Source: a virus. From it: DNA of 64,000 nucleotides. The translations under genes were made by a program, and so were the position numbers. Within the stretch, counting starts at the first letter, position 1, and each line of letters begins with the position of its first letter. This document shows, piece after piece, positions 18,501 through 29,156 of the stretch. Location of the stretch: the IMG/VR virus record IMGVR_UViG_3300013132_000021. One strand, 5' to 3'. The notes beneath the pieces are model-generated. The model searched no databases, was not told the DNA's origin, and was given only the letters and a program-made list of their open reading frames with translations.

Positions 18501-21500
18501 TGTAAAATCGTTGGAAACAATAGAATCATTGCCACCATTGTGTAATGAACCATCGATCTTTTGACCCACGGCTGCTGTGCCCAGTGTGGTCACACCCTGT
18601 ACATATGGAGAACGATTAATGATCCATGCGCGATAGTCTTCTGGACCCCAACCTGGATCCAATGAACAATATGCCCCGGCTGAAACTCTTGAAGTACCAA
18701 ATTCATTTGGTGCTAACAAGTCGCCAGTAAGTCCTTGTAGAGTTTGATCTCTAACACCAGTACCATCACGTAGATAGTACATGTCCTCTTCTAGGCTTCC
18801 TATCACGCTGTTAGCATAATATCTAGCAGCGTATCTTGATTTGTAGTTGCCTGGATATTTCAAATCATATTTTAGTGCGTCAATATATGTACCAACATCT
18901 CGTAGACACAGTGCGCTGTTATAGAATAAGCTCACTGTCATAGATCCTGAAGCATTAATTGGAAAATCTATTGCTGTATTTGAATTTCTAGTGGTAGCAA
19001 TCTTAAAAGTAGTTGCGCTTACAACGTTCTGTATGTAATATGTGGTGGTAGTATTAATACTGTATCCAAAAACTGTACCTGAAAATCTAATTGCTGCATT
19101 GCGCTGCATCCAAGCAGTGCTAGAACATGTAAGTACATCAGTGGCTGCTGTTACATTAGTCACTGTGGTTGTATATGTTGAGTCTATATAGGCATCGATC
19201 TCTGCAACAATATAATCTCTATTTCTTTCTAGTTGCAACACTGCGTAATCGACCATTCTATTACCTGAGGCACAACGACTACCTTCATTGGTAGCGCCAT
19301 AAAGAATATCATCTAACAGAGTCATCAGTGTTTCAATACGAGCCTGCGCAGTAGCATTACCGCCTACGTTGGCTTTAGCTAGTCCTTTGACGTAAGTAAA
19401 TGCTGCTCGAGTGGCTGCTTTCTGTCCTAGACTATACACATCCGATGAGCTGGCTCTTAGATAGGCCAATGCAGCGTTTCTAGTTTGACCGTTGGCGTTG
19501 AACATGAAGTCATAGCCCACTGCGTCTAGAATAATTTTAGCATCGCGCTCGCATTTAGCAGAGTTATAGACCAATGTGGGGAAATTAGCAGCTATATAGG
19601 CGGTCATTGCTGTGACGATAGTACCGACCTGCGCACTCAGTGTAGTAAATGCAGTAATCAGTGCTGTGGTAGAAGTCACTGCGTTGGTGGCAATCGGACG
19701 ATCCTCATAGCTCATCACCAAGGTCAATCCAGCGCCGTTGGTAAATCCTGTAGCTGCTGCACCTGCATAACTTGTCGACACTCTGAAATTCGTACCGGTT
19801 AGACCTGAAGCGATCACATAATAGCGTGTGCCTACAGTTAAACCATTTTGAGTTTCGATAGGAACCACTAAATCGCCAGCCTCAAGCGTGTGTCCAGCAG
19901 TGACAAAGGTGTCTGTGCCAGTTATCGAAGTCACTGTGACTATAGGAGGAGTTGCTGCGGTAGAGTCACCTGCCAACAGGTTAGTGATGTTGTCAATGTT
20001 AGCGCCGATGAATGCGCTGGCTGCAGCACCACCTGTGAGATTAGTTGCGTCAGTGAATTGTGTGGCAGCATTACCTGTAGATTTGGTCACTGTGGTGTTG
20101 GCAGCAATTTCTTGCATCACAGCTTTTAATCTACCATAAGCGGCCACAGTAGCGGTGACTTCTGATGCGTCGATTTCCAGTCCAGTAGCGCCGTCAAAAT
20201 AGGCCAATCCTGCATTCAGTGTCTGGGTAAATCCGCCATAGGTCAAGTCATAGACCATTGCATCGACGATGAATCCAGTGTCTCTTTTGCATATGGTTTT
20301 AGAATATTTCACGGAAGGATAGTTTACAGTAATAAATGCAATGATTTCAGCTTTGATAAATTCTTTGTTTTCTTTTATCAGTGTTCTTGCGGAACCGTAG
20401 CCTGTGAGATATGCACTGTTGTATCCTGTAGGATCTGTGTTGGCAACCATGTGAGTGGTGCTGATTCGGTAATCGATCTGATGCTGTATGACTCTGACCA
20501 GCTGTGTTATGTCTGCCTGTTCATCTGTGCTGGCATACGGAAATGCTAAACTCTGTGTAGCAGTGTTTCCTGAGCTTTCTGTGACGTTAGAGCCAGCGAT
20601 AATTTCACTGACCACCGTTTCTAGTCTTGACAGCGCACCCATAGAATAGTATGAATCTGATAGGTTGGTTATACTGCCTGCTGGTCCGGCATTTGTAGAT
20701 CTTAATTCGTCTCCTATCACGCAGGTCTGTTCTGGAACGATAATTGGCAGAGTTTCTCTGTACTGTCCAGTGGCGATACTGATAAGATTGTTAGGACTTC
20801 TACGAGCAGGCACACTGGCTACTGCTGCTGCTATCTGTGCAGTAGTTGTAGCTGCTGCACGAGCAGCGATAGCATCTGTAATCACTTCAACTAATTCAGC
20901 TGCCGTGGTATAAGCTCCTGATTCTGCCGTAAGTTCTGCATTGAAGTACTGCGCTACTGTAGCAGTTGAATTATCACCGTTCAGAGTCTGATAGTTCACT
21001 GCTGGGGCTGTCTGTGCTAGTACATCCTCGACCACAGTGACCATATAGTTATAGGCCGCTATGGATTCGTCTGATTCTGCAGCTAGACCAGGATATGCTT
21101 CTGTTTCTTCTTCGCTGAGTCCGCCTATGAGAGAATTCGCCGCTCCTCTGATTTTGACGTTGCCGCCATGTCTAAGATCATAGATCAATGCGTCAACTAC
21201 AAATCCCACATCTCTTTCGCACTTGAAATCGTCGTAGACAAATGCCGATGTAAACGGTGCGATGTTGTTGGTGATCTGATTCTGTATGAACTCTGTGGTT
21301 TCACGTTGTATAAACACACGATTCAGTTCAAGTAGATATGTGGCATCGGGATTTCTTGGACCGCGTTCTACCTGTTCACAGGCATATCTAATAGTCTTCC
21401 ATGGCTTATCCCAGGTTCTACCATGTACGGGTGCAGGAAGATCTGTACCGTGTGGTGCTACAAAATAACTGTGTTCGACTTCGCCTAGTGTGGCCCATTC

Positions 21501-23060
21501 TGGATCTACGCCGTTTGAACGTAGGATCTGGCCTTCACGTCCAATAGGTAATCTTGCGGGGCCTGATCCGCTGTAGTAAACTAAGTCTCCTCTAACTGAT
21601 AAAATATCAGTTTCTGAACCAACGTTTAATAGACTCCAATAGGTACCTGTGGAGTCTTGATCAGGGCGGCTGTTGGCCTGACCGCCGCCTGCTGCGCCTA
21701 CTGTAGATCCATCGTCACCTTCTGATCTATGTGCCAGCAAACAGATGTAAGCGTTTGCTCCAAATCTAACTGCATCGCCCTGTAGATAATCCACATCATC
21801 TGTCCAGGCGCCTTGCCAACTAATACCAGAACTTAATCTAGTCCAGTATGAACCATTTGGTGGTTCTGCTGACACTGTTGCAGTCATCGAACCCGCAGCA
21901 TCAGCTGTAATATTAAATGTTGAGCCACCAGATGTAGTTGAAATTGTTATGTTACCTGCGGCCACAGTCCTAACAAAATATCTAGCAGTGGTAAACACGT
22001 TGCCAAATGTTGTGCCGGTGAATCTCACTGTCATACCTACTGCGATACCTGTTGTAGAAGCTATAGTGAAGGTGTCTGTGCTAGCGGTAACTGCTGTAAC
22101 TGTGACAGCTGTGGATGGTGAGTCAGCTGTGGCAAGATAGGTATATCCGCCTAGTCTAACAACTTCACCAATCTTATATGATGTTGCGTTCGTCCAGTCT
22201 GATTGAAATTTTAATCCTTCGGTGAATAAATCCCAATCTGCTGTTGTGATTGAGGGATTCGCTGCTGCAGATGCAGCGGTATGCACAGTTTTGGCTATGT
22301 ATTGATTACCACCGTAGCCAACTATATCTCCGGGTTGATACAGTGTGGCAGAATTCCATGTGCTTTCAAATTCTGCACCTTCTGCGAACTGTGCCCAACG
22401 CCCTGCGGTACTGTCTGTCAAGAACGCAGCATCAGCAGTGTGCTGTGTGACGCAGATCCAAAGGCCTGCACCATATTTCACAACATCATTGAGTTTGTAT
22501 CTAGTGGCAGTGGTCCATGTGCTTTTGTATTCTATTCCCTGATTGAAACTGTCCCATTTGGCTTGATCAGCTTCTAGTCCCGATGTGGCTGTGGCTGCAG
22601 ATGTATGATATGTATTACATACATAGGTGTAACCACCATAACTAACTAGATCATTTACCTTGTATCTTGTGCTGACTGACCAAGAATTTTTCCAATCAAA
22701 TCCTTCAGCATACAAGGTCCATTTTGCTTGATCGGCTTCCAGTCCTGATGCAACTGTGGCCGCAGATGTGTGACTGTCATTACAGATGTATAACAATCCA
22801 CCATATTTAACCACGTCGTTGAGCTTATAGAATGTAGAAATTGCCCAGTCTCCCTTCCAATCCTGTCCGTCGCTCATCTGGTTCCATTTGGTAGGACTGT
22901 ATTCTAGATCTGTGTTGAAATCTGCTGCAGAGGTATGCCCTACAGCACAGATATATGTGCGGCCACCATATCTTATTACATCATCTATATAATAAGTAGT
23001 CGAGGCTGCCCATGCGCTTTTCCATACAAATCTAATTCTACCTAGTTTAAATTCTGCCAT
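15522..23060 (-). CDS. Giant tail fibre / receptor-binding virion protein (2512 aa)
   Basis: N-terminal W...T.Y..NDVV.YGG..Y.C...H carbohydrate-binding-like repeats, KC.RD...DA..YDL repeats, beta-helix-like RSPYVQ/SNDFTQ region, S.DG.TW (BNR) propeller repeats, C-terminal GHDFLDIGTG/TDQDGNFRVG. Confidence 0.8.
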   Translation of the reverse strand: MAEFKLGRIRFVWKSAWAASTTYYIDDVIRYGGRTYICAVGHTSAADFNTDLEYSPTKWNQMSDGQDWKGDWAISTFYKLNDVVKYGGLLYICNDSHTSAATVASGLEADQAKWTLYAEGFDWKNSWSVSTRYKVNDLVSYGGYTYVCNTYHTSAATATSGLEADQAKWDSFNQGIEYKSTWTTATRYKLNDVVKYGAGLWICVTQHTADAAFLTDSTAGRWAQFAEGAEFESTWNSATLYQPGDIVGYGGNQYIAKTVHTAASAAANPSITTADWDLFTEGLKFQSDWTNATSYKIGEVVRLGGYTYLATADSPSTAVTVTAVTASTDTFTIASTTGIAVGMTVRFTGTTFGNVFTTARYFVRTVAAGNITISTTSGGSTFNITADAAGSMTATVSAEPPNGSYWTRLSSGISWQGAWTDDVDYLQGDAVRFGANAYICLLAHRSEGDDGSTVGAAGGGQANSRPDQDSTGTYWSLLNVGSETDILSVRGDLVYYSGSGPARLPIGREGQILRSNGVDPEWATLGEVEHSYFVAPHGTDLPAPVHGRTWDKPWKTIRYACEQVERGPRNPDATYLLELNRVFIQRETTEFIQNQITNNIAPFTSAFVYDDFKCERDVGFVVDALIYDLRHGGNVKIRGAANSLIGGLSEEETEAYPGLAAESDESIAAYNYMVTVVEDVLAQTAPAVNYQTLNGDNSTATVAQYFNAELTAESGAYTTAAELVEVITDAIAARAAATTTAQIAAAVASVPARRSPNNLISIATGQYRETLPIIVPEQTCVIGDELRSTNAGPAGSITNLSDSYYSMGALSRLETVVSEIIAGSNVTESSGNTATQSLAFPYASTDEQADITQLVRVIQHQIDYRISTTHMVANTDPTGYNSAYLTGYGSARTLIKENKEFIKAEIIAFITVNYPSVKYSKTICKRDTGFIVDAMVYDLTYGGFTQTLNAGLAYFDGATGLEIDASEVTATVAAYGRLKAVMQEIAANTTVTKSTGNAATQFTDATNLTGGAAASAFIGANIDNITNLLAGDSTAATPPIVTVTSITGTDTFVTAGHTLEAGDLVVPIETQNGLTVGTRYYVIASGLTGTNFRVSTSYAGAAATGFTNGAGLTLVMSYEDRPIATNAVTSTTALITAFTTLSAQVGTIVTAMTAYIAANFPTLVYNSAKCERDAKIILDAVGYDFMFNANGQTRNAALAYLRASSSDVYSLGQKAATRAAFTYVKGLAKANVGGNATAQARIETLMTLLDDILYGATNEGSRCASGNRMVDYAVLQLERNRDYIVAEIDAYIDSTYTTTVTNVTAATDVLTCSSTAWMQRNAAIRFSGTVFGYSINTTTTYYIQNVVSATTFKIATTRNSNTAIDFPINASGSMTVSLFYNSALCLRDVGTYIDALKYDLKYPGNYKSRYAARYYANSVIGSLEEDMYYLRDGTGVRDQTLQGLTGDLLAPNEFGTSRVSAGAYCSLDPGWGPEDYRAWIINRSPYVQGVTTLGTAAVGQKIDGSLHNGGNDSIVSNDFTQVISDGIGAWITNNGRAELVSVFSYYAHIGYLAENGGRIRGTNGNCSYGDFGAVAEGFDSNETPGTAVVDNRLQFEAVIDRIITDGSGLLQYEFTNAGIDYTEVTYTITGGGTGGSVQPDEFRDDAVYEVRMLDLVEDSTNAEEAEGNFGGFGYITNSNTCQGGSSTSVTIAATDSESSTAYIGMKIVLTGGAGVGQFGIITTYNSGTKVAGVVKESDGTAGFNHLVAGTAIIAPDASSTYIIEPRVTFSAPGYTSTAAALPTSGTWSAVKYGETAAVYTSVTGTYSGAGVGANFTVIRNGWKYTPSLQTAGTGYVRLQTITILGTSLGGLSTTNNLVITITAVNAATGAILNFDHAGYGIGGRYVALRSGSTVGATSEDGVSWTTRPSLMPSAANWSAMTAGLFDDGSTVGKVSKFVAVAGTTANTTGAYSEDGITWTAANMVTSATWVDVAFGGFNAQKFVAISSDVTTVRISNDGENWDQTGTLTTTGFTAIAYGKNRFVAIKSGTAVTNYATTSGVTGTWTAGALPSSSNWNSIAYGNNRFVAVSNTSGTIAAYSLDGITWTASTLPATASWTKVTYGQGVFLAVSTTTAAATSPDGVTWTVRATSTAANGFSSITFGNRDRYGLFVGVGGSSGTVATYIRTGATTRARALVAANKLFQVNIEEPGSGYDTVPTVTFTDPNNTFEAPVTVRTGSGVLANPSFTNRGSQYVTSNGEVDIGDGYADTYQPGSFVAVRQLSEQPTPGSNVVFGHLPDRTFKLVNVITFLGVNDGAYTAFLQISPTLTIGEAPDDAVTVTTRLRYSQCRLTGHDFLDIGTGNFVETNYPNAPLSDPIPANETFEENGGRVFFTATDQDGNFRVGDLFNIEQSTGIATLNADAFNISGLQELNLGNVTLGGGSATITEFSTDPFFTADSDNIVPTQRAIKAYIASQIGGGGASLNVNSVTAGSVFISSNIITTTTGGAIKMNATFDFRGGVIGLPLAFNYFLT

Positions 23061-23102
23061 TTTCTACTCCGTATCCTTTATTTATTAATATAAAATTAAT
23101 TG

Positions 23103-26100
23103 TTAAAACGATCTATAAAACATAGTCTGTGCCAACATACTACCGCTAATACCGCTATTTGGTCTATCAAATTCTGCTCTTATAGGCACTATGATTCTAA
23201 GTCCAGCGGTGTTATTAAATCTATCAGGGCCCACTAGGATAGTACCAGCTATGAAACTGCCAACTGCGATCTCAGATCCACCGATACTCAGTCTGCTGGC
23301 CAAATAGCTTTTTATGGCTCGTTGCGTTGGTACGATATTATTGGAATCTGCGATGAATAGTGGGTCAGTTGAAAATTCACGAACCACGGCCCCAGTGCCG
23401 CCTACTCTAATACCGCCTAATCTTAGTTCTGACAATCCGCCAAGATCAAAAAAGTCTGCTGAAATCGTCACAATACCTGTGGCCTGCTCTACAGCAAATA
23501 ATTCACCTGCACGGAAGTTACCACTTTGATCTGTGGATGTGTAAAACACTCTACCACGATTTAATTCAACAATTTCGTTTTCCGGAGCGGGAGTATAGAA
23601 TCCGCTATACAATTCTGGATAATTGGTTTCTTCAAAGTTACCTGTGCCTATGTCTAAAAAATCATGCCCAGTGATGCGACATTGGCTGAACTCCGTCCTT
23701 ATAGTGATAGGTGTAAGATGCTGTAAGTTATCTCTGACCTTGATTTCGGGGCTTACTCGTATTCTAGCAGCTAATCCTCTATCAGTAGCGCCTAGTGGCT
23801 CAATGGTTACTAAAGTATAAAAATCTGGCAAACTACCAATAGTTAAACTAGCTCCCGGTCCGGGATAAGCATCTAAATCATTCATAACAAAGAATTTTCC
23901 TGAGGGAGTAACATCTGCATATCCGTTACCGTCAATAGTAACTGTGGTACTGGTTGTTCTATAACCTAGACCTCTATTCAACCAACTAGGCTGTGCTATA
24001 ACACCGTCACCTGTTCTAGATTCTATCACAGCATCTGAACTGTTGTTAGGATCAACCAGTGTGCAGGTAGGACCTTCTGTATAACCAGAACCCGGATCCC
24101 ACATCTTGATGCTTCTGATAATACCACTGCTCAAAGTTACACGACCTAATGCTCTTGCTCCTGTTTGTATTTTGTTGAATATGTCAGTGTTGTCTATGGC
24201 TATCCACATAGGAGTTCTTTTACCTGTGGTAGAGTCTCTGGCATCTACATAAGGATTTCCAAATGCCACTGATACCCATTCTTTAGAAGATGCTAGTGTG
24301 CGCGATGTCCATACAATACCGTCGAATGATGTGGCTGCGTAGTTGGTTGGTACAGCTGCTGGATCACCTCCAACATCTCTACCACCGGTATCACCTACAG
24401 CAAAGAACACACCTTGTGCATATCGAATCTTTTTCCAATTATGCGCGGTGGATCCATCCTGTGAAGGCATTGTGGCTGGCAACCAAGAAATGCCATCAAA
24501 GCTGTATCCTACGTCACCTGTGCTGGATATCGCTACGAATCTATCGTTACCGTAGGCAATGCTGACCCAGTCTTTGGCAGAAGAATCTGCAATCACGTCT
24601 AATATGTGTCCGCTCCAGGTCCATGTGTTCAAGGTAGAATTATATTCGCCTACCATTACACTATTTCCACTGTTTGCCAAAACCACGTAGGTATTTTTTC
24701 CGTAGGCAACATCCACCCATTCGTTCAGTGTGGAATCACCAAACCCCGGTAATACAGTTGTGATCCAGCTAGTTCCATTTAAGCTGTAGGCCGCCGAATT
24801 TGAATCTGTAGCTATTGCAAAGAACAGGCCGCCACCATAGATGCATGAATTCCAAGATCTTGATGCTGGCATTGCTCTTGTGGTCCATGTGATTCCATCA
24901 AAAGAACTTGCCGCTACTGAACTGCCTGTGCGTATGGCCACAAATATATGATTTCCCACTGTGGGATATGTTACTCTGCCTGCTGCTAGACATTTCCAGT
25001 CGCCTGCAGTTGGCATGTTAAAATCAGTCCAGGTAGTTCCATCCTCACTGTACAGCGCAGCAGAACCACCGGTTGATACAACAACAAATCTACCACTGGC
25101 TGCTTCGTTGTCTTCACCTGTGCCGTAGGTTTTTTGTTCTGCTGCAAGTATAGAGTTGGTACTGTCGTCGCTGACATCTGTTACTAATATTATTAGATCG
25201 TTAATTGGTGTTGCTCCGCCAAGTTGATCGCCGTCTATAGTTAATAATTGGCCTGCTTCGTATCCAGCCCCACCGTTATTGATAGTAAGAGTGTAGTCTC
25301 TGCCTTGTTTTACAACATTGAATGTAGCTAATGCCGCTGGAACATCTATAGTTGTACCGGTACCTGCTTCGTTGACTGGTACGTTAGTATATGTTTCTGT
25401 GGTTTCGCCATAAACTATTTCTGACCAAGTGGTGTTCACTGGTAAAATAACCTGTGTAGCAGAATATGCCGGTGCAGAAAAAATCACTCTAGGTTCTATT
25501 CTGTATGTGGTATTGGTCAACAAAGGCACTGTTGGTAATTTTCCAGGTACAACATGATCCCATCCTGGTTGATCGTCAGATTCTCTAGTCACAGATACTA
25601 CTTTTGTAATATTATCGTAGGCAGTGATATAGCCATACTGTCCTGTGCCAGCACCGCTAGTGATCACTATTCTCATACCAAGATATTGTGCGATCGAGTT
25701 AGCGTCATTGCTGGCTATGGTTATAGTGGTAGCTGTTCCTGATTGTGCATTGTTCTGCACTAACACAAATCCACCGCCACCGATGGCCTGTGCTATTTGT
25801 GCAGTACCAGCATTAGCATCTAATATTCTAGCTTCGAATACAGCATCGTCACGAAAATCTTCAAATACCACTGCGGCATCGATACCGGCACCTGCAAATA
25901 TTGCAGTAGCTGAACTGTAGTCATTACCACAGTTGCCCCATTCTAAGATTTGTATCTCATCAACAAAGTCTCCAGCAAATGCTGCTACTACGTTGGCTTC
26001 TTGTGCCCTGGTGTAGACTGCGGCCGTAGCTGGTGTTTCTGTCGCATCGACCCCATCAGAGATAGCACCATAGGTGCCGTAAGAGCAGTTGCCGTTAGTA

Positions 26101-28769
26101 GCACGTATGATTCCGCCATCTTCCGCCAGATAACCAATATGGCAGTAGTAGGTAAACACAGACACAAGTTCTGCTCGACCGTTGTTCAATACCCAAGCCC
26201 CTATACCATCGCTGAGAACCTGCGTGAAATCGTTTGAGACTATAGATTTGTTGCCACCGTTATGCAGAGCACCGTCTATCTTCTGTCCTATACATCCCGT
26301 GCCTATAGTAGTCACACCTTGTATGTACGGTGAACGTGTGGTGATCCATGTACGATTATCAGCTGGTCCCCATCCTGGATCTAGAGATACATACGCACCT
26401 CCTACAGGTTTTTGATACAAATCAAAAGCCGCAGGCGGATTCAGAGTCGATTCAAGACCTTTCAGAGTGCAATTTCTAATACCTGTGGCGTCTCGAACAT
26501 AAAACATGTCTTCGTCTTCGGTACATCCAAGCACAGCATTTCTATAATATCTTGCCGCAAATAATGATTTATAATTACCAACATATACTATGTCGTATTT
26601 CCATGCATCTATATATCTATCAACATCTCTTCTGCACAAATCGCTGTCAAAATCATATGCAGGATATGTTAGTTGCATGAATGCCACAGCTTCTTCTTTT
26701 AAGAAGTCTCTATTTTGCTCTAATGCTGTGGCTACGTTAACAACAGATGCTGTGGTTGTAGCGGTGTTTGTTCCCACCAGTGTTGGATTTGATCCAGTAC
26801 TGTTTATATAGAAATTTATGTATGATACTATGTTAGTTATTAATAATTGTGTTCGTGTTATAGTATCAGCATCTACTGTGAGAGGAGTAATCACAGTGTT
26901 GAAACTAGCAAATATTTCATCTCCGGGTACAAATTGCTCATTACCGTCTATATCAAATAACGGCGGATTTTGAGATATCTGTTCAAATTGTGGGGTAGGA
27001 AATGAAACTCCTACCTGTGTTGATAAAAACGGTGCTACTGGATCTTCTGGATTTCCTGACGTTTTAGTAAATGTTGTTCCATTAATCAACGCTGGAAGAA
27101 TACTAGAAATTCTGTTTAATACTGCGATAGTATATGTGCTATCTAGTGCCAGTGATGGTATTGGTCCGCTAGCTTTGATAGTTGTGGTTCTTAGTTCTGC
27201 TCCGAGTACTACTGTTCGTGCCGGAACAATAATAGGTATAATTTCTTCATATTCGCCAGCAGCAACTCTGATAGTGGTAGTTCCTGTAAACCCGTCGTCC
27301 ATTTGCTCGCAGGCATATCTAACTGTTCTCCAAGGAAGGAACTGACTGGTTCCACGTTCTGGGTCTGTGACGTCGTCTACACCATCTAAGCTGACATATC
27401 GTACTCTGACAATATCTCCCCAATAAGCATAATCGACGCTGCCTTCACTGTTTATAGTAAGTAATTGGTCTGATTCGCCTACTGGTACACGAGTTGGTCC
27501 AAATGTACTACCGTCATTTTGCAGTGTTCGACTAAGATCATAAGTTAATAGGTCACCTCTAGCACTCATACCAACGTCTTGACCTGCCTGCAAAACTAAA
27601 TCCCAGTAGAAAAATCCTTCGCCGTTGTCTCCAGGAAAATTCTGATCTGTGGCAAGGTGTTCAAAATTACAGGTATACAAGTTGCCACGATAAATGACGA
27701 GATCGTTTACACTGTAGGTGAAATCTTGCGTCCAGGATCCCCGCAAATTTTGTGCTACCGACACCAGTTCCCAATTGCCTGCATCTAGATAATCGATGCT
27801 GCTACCGTCATTGGTAGTATTTGCAGTGGCAATATATAAATTTCCCCCTCGGCGAACAAGGTCTCCAATTTTATAATTAGCAGAAGCTGACCATGTACCT
27901 GCAAAGTTTATAGCTTTGCTCAATATATTCCATTGTGTGGTATCATCTGCGGCAGGATTACGTTGATAATTATTTGTATTTGCAGTATATAGATATCCAC
28001 CATGACGAACTACGTCACCGATGGCATAATATACTGAATTGCTCCACTCTTGATGGAAGTTTAATCCTAGAAATTCTGTAACAAAATTATTGTTGTCAAT
28101 GTTACCGCTAGCCACATGTCCCACGGTGCACCGTAGTATGCTGCCACCATATTTGACTAAATCGTTGATTCTGTATCTTGTAGCTGCGGCCCAGGCACCG
28201 ACATACTGTATTCCTTCATAGACTTCTTGCCATAATTCTCCGGTACTATCATCTTGTGTATCGTTATTTCCAATTTCTAAACCCAATGCAGTACTAGATG
28301 ATGTATGTCCCACGATACAACGATATACAGTGCCGTTGTATCTTACAACATCACCTATACCGTATCTGGTATTTGGCAACCAGGCTGTACGCCAATTGTC
28401 TGCGCTGAGATACACAGTCCAATTTGAAATGCTTGCATCAAAAGTTGGTTGTGATGTGTGACTAGTTACACATAGATAAATTACTCCGCCATACAAGGCG
28501 ATATCGCCTGGATTATATAAAGTAGACTGTGCCCATCCGCTTCTCCAAGCATAGCCATCGGTCATCTTTAACCACGCTGGTGTTGGTTGAGAATCCCCCT
28601 CATTTGCAAAAAATGCTTGATCGGCAGCAAATGAAGAAGCTGTGTGTTGTCGTTGGCAGATCCATGTGCTGCCACCATATCTAATTACATCGTCACGATT
28701 GTACGCCGTGTTGGTAGACCACGCATTGTGCCATGTGTATCTAATCCTGCTTATCTTAAATTCTGCCAT
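23103..28769 (-). CDS. Giant tail fibre / receptor-binding virion protein (1888 aa), paralogue of 15522..23060
   Basis: Same MAEFK..RIR start, same repeat types and same conserved C-terminal blocks. Confidence 0.8.
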   Translation of the reverse strand: MAEFKISRIRYTWHNAWSTNTAYNRDDVIRYGGSTWICQRQHTASSFAADQAFFANEGDSQPTPAWLKMTDGYAWRSGWAQSTLYNPGDIALYGGVIYLCVTSHTSQPTFDASISNWTVYLSADNWRTAWLPNTRYGIGDVVRYNGTVYRCIVGHTSSSTALGLEIGNNDTQDDSTGELWQEVYEGIQYVGAWAAATRYRINDLVKYGGSILRCTVGHVASGNIDNNNFVTEFLGLNFHQEWSNSVYYAIGDVVRHGGYLYTANTNNYQRNPAADDTTQWNILSKAINFAGTWSASANYKIGDLVRRGGNLYIATANTTNDGSSIDYLDAGNWELVSVAQNLRGSWTQDFTYSVNDLVIYRGNLYTCNFEHLATDQNFPGDNGEGFFYWDLVLQAGQDVGMSARGDLLTYDLSRTLQNDGSTFGPTRVPVGESDQLLTINSEGSVDYAYWGDIVRVRYVSLDGVDDVTDPERGTSQFLPWRTVRYACEQMDDGFTGTTTIRVAAGEYEEIIPIIVPARTVVLGAELRTTTIKASGPIPSLALDSTYTIAVLNRISSILPALINGTTFTKTSGNPEDPVAPFLSTQVGVSFPTPQFEQISQNPPLFDIDGNEQFVPGDEIFASFNTVITPLTVDADTITRTQLLITNIVSYINFYINSTGSNPTLVGTNTATTTASVVNVATALEQNRDFLKEEAVAFMQLTYPAYDFDSDLCRRDVDRYIDAWKYDIVYVGNYKSLFAARYYRNAVLGCTEDEDMFYVRDATGIRNCTLKGLESTLNPPAAFDLYQKPVGGAYVSLDPGWGPADNRTWITTRSPYIQGVTTIGTGCIGQKIDGALHNGGNKSIVSNDFTQVLSDGIGAWVLNNGRAELVSVFTYYCHIGYLAEDGGIIRATNGNCSYGTYGAISDGVDATETPATAAVYTRAQEANVVAAFAGDFVDEIQILEWGNCGNDYSSATAIFAGAGIDAAVVFEDFRDDAVFEARILDANAGTAQIAQAIGGGGFVLVQNNAQSGTATTITIASNDANSIAQYLGMRIVITSGAGTGQYGYITAYDNITKVVSVTRESDDQPGWDHVVPGKLPTVPLLTNTTYRIEPRVIFSAPAYSATQVILPVNTTWSEIVYGETTETYTNVPVNEAGTGTTIDVPAALATFNVVKQGRDYTLTINNGGAGYEAGQLLTIDGDQLGGATPINDLIILVTDVSDDSTNSILAAEQKTYGTGEDNEAASGRFVVVSTGGSAALYSEDGTTWTDFNMPTAGDWKCLAAGRVTYPTVGNHIFVAIRTGSSVAASSFDGITWTTRAMPASRSWNSCIYGGGLFFAIATDSNSAAYSLNGTSWITTVLPGFGDSTLNEWVDVAYGKNTYVVLANSGNSVMVGEYNSTLNTWTWSGHILDVIADSSAKDWVSIAYGNDRFVAISSTGDVGYSFDGISWLPATMPSQDGSTAHNWKKIRYAQGVFFAVGDTGGRDVGGDPAAVPTNYAATSFDGIVWTSRTLASSKEWVSVAFGNPYVDARDSTTGKRTPMWIAIDNTDIFNKIQTGARALGRVTLSSGIIRSIKMWDPGSGYTEGPTCTLVDPNNSSDAVIESRTGDGVIAQPSWLNRGLGYRTTSTTVTIDGNGYADVTPSGKFFVMNDLDAYPGPGASLTIGSLPDFYTLVTIEPLGATDRGLAARIRVSPEIKVRDNLQHLTPITIRTEFSQCRITGHDFLDIGTGNFEETNYPELYSGFYTPAPENEIVELNRGRVFYTSTDQSGNFRAGELFAVEQATGIVTISADFFDLGGLSELRLGGIRVGGTGAVVREFSTDPLFIADSNNIVPTQRAIKSYLASRLSIGGSEIAVGSFIAGTILVGPDRFNNTAGLRIIVPIRAEFDRPNSGISGSMLAQTMFYRSF

Positions 28770-28781
28770 AATTTATTCCGT

Positions 28782-29147
28782 TTAACTTGAATGTCCTGTG
28801 GGATATGTATAACCTTGATTTATACGTTGTGTTAATCTACCTTCACTGTCTATGTAGTAAAGCATGTTTCGATTATCCCAACGATACTGCGTCCATACTA
28901 GATTATCATATTCTACTTCATGATCCGCTGCTATGCCTTCGAAATAATCAACTCCGGGTTCAAAATCTTCAAAGGTTTCTGCAGGATCGCCAGGGAGATT
29001 TAGTTCGATAGAGTCTTTGTCCTTGAGCTGATCGCTGCGTAGCAAAAATAATTCACCGTCTTGATTCCTACGCAGAGCATACCAATATCGAGGTGAATCT
29101 CCTAGTGCTTCATCTGGACTTGTACCGAAATAATATGTGCTTGGCAT
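28782..29147 (-). CDS. Hypothetical virion-associated protein
   Basis: Tightly packed in the structural operon, with AAGGA SD. Confidence 0.55.
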   Translation of the reverse strand: MPSTYYFGTSPDEALGDSPRYWYALRRNQDGELFLLRSDQLKDKDSIELNLPGDPAETFEDFEPGVDYFEGIAADHEVEYDNLVWTQYRWDNRNMLYYIDSEGRLTQRINQGYTYPTGHSS

Positions 29148-29156
29148 GATCGATCC

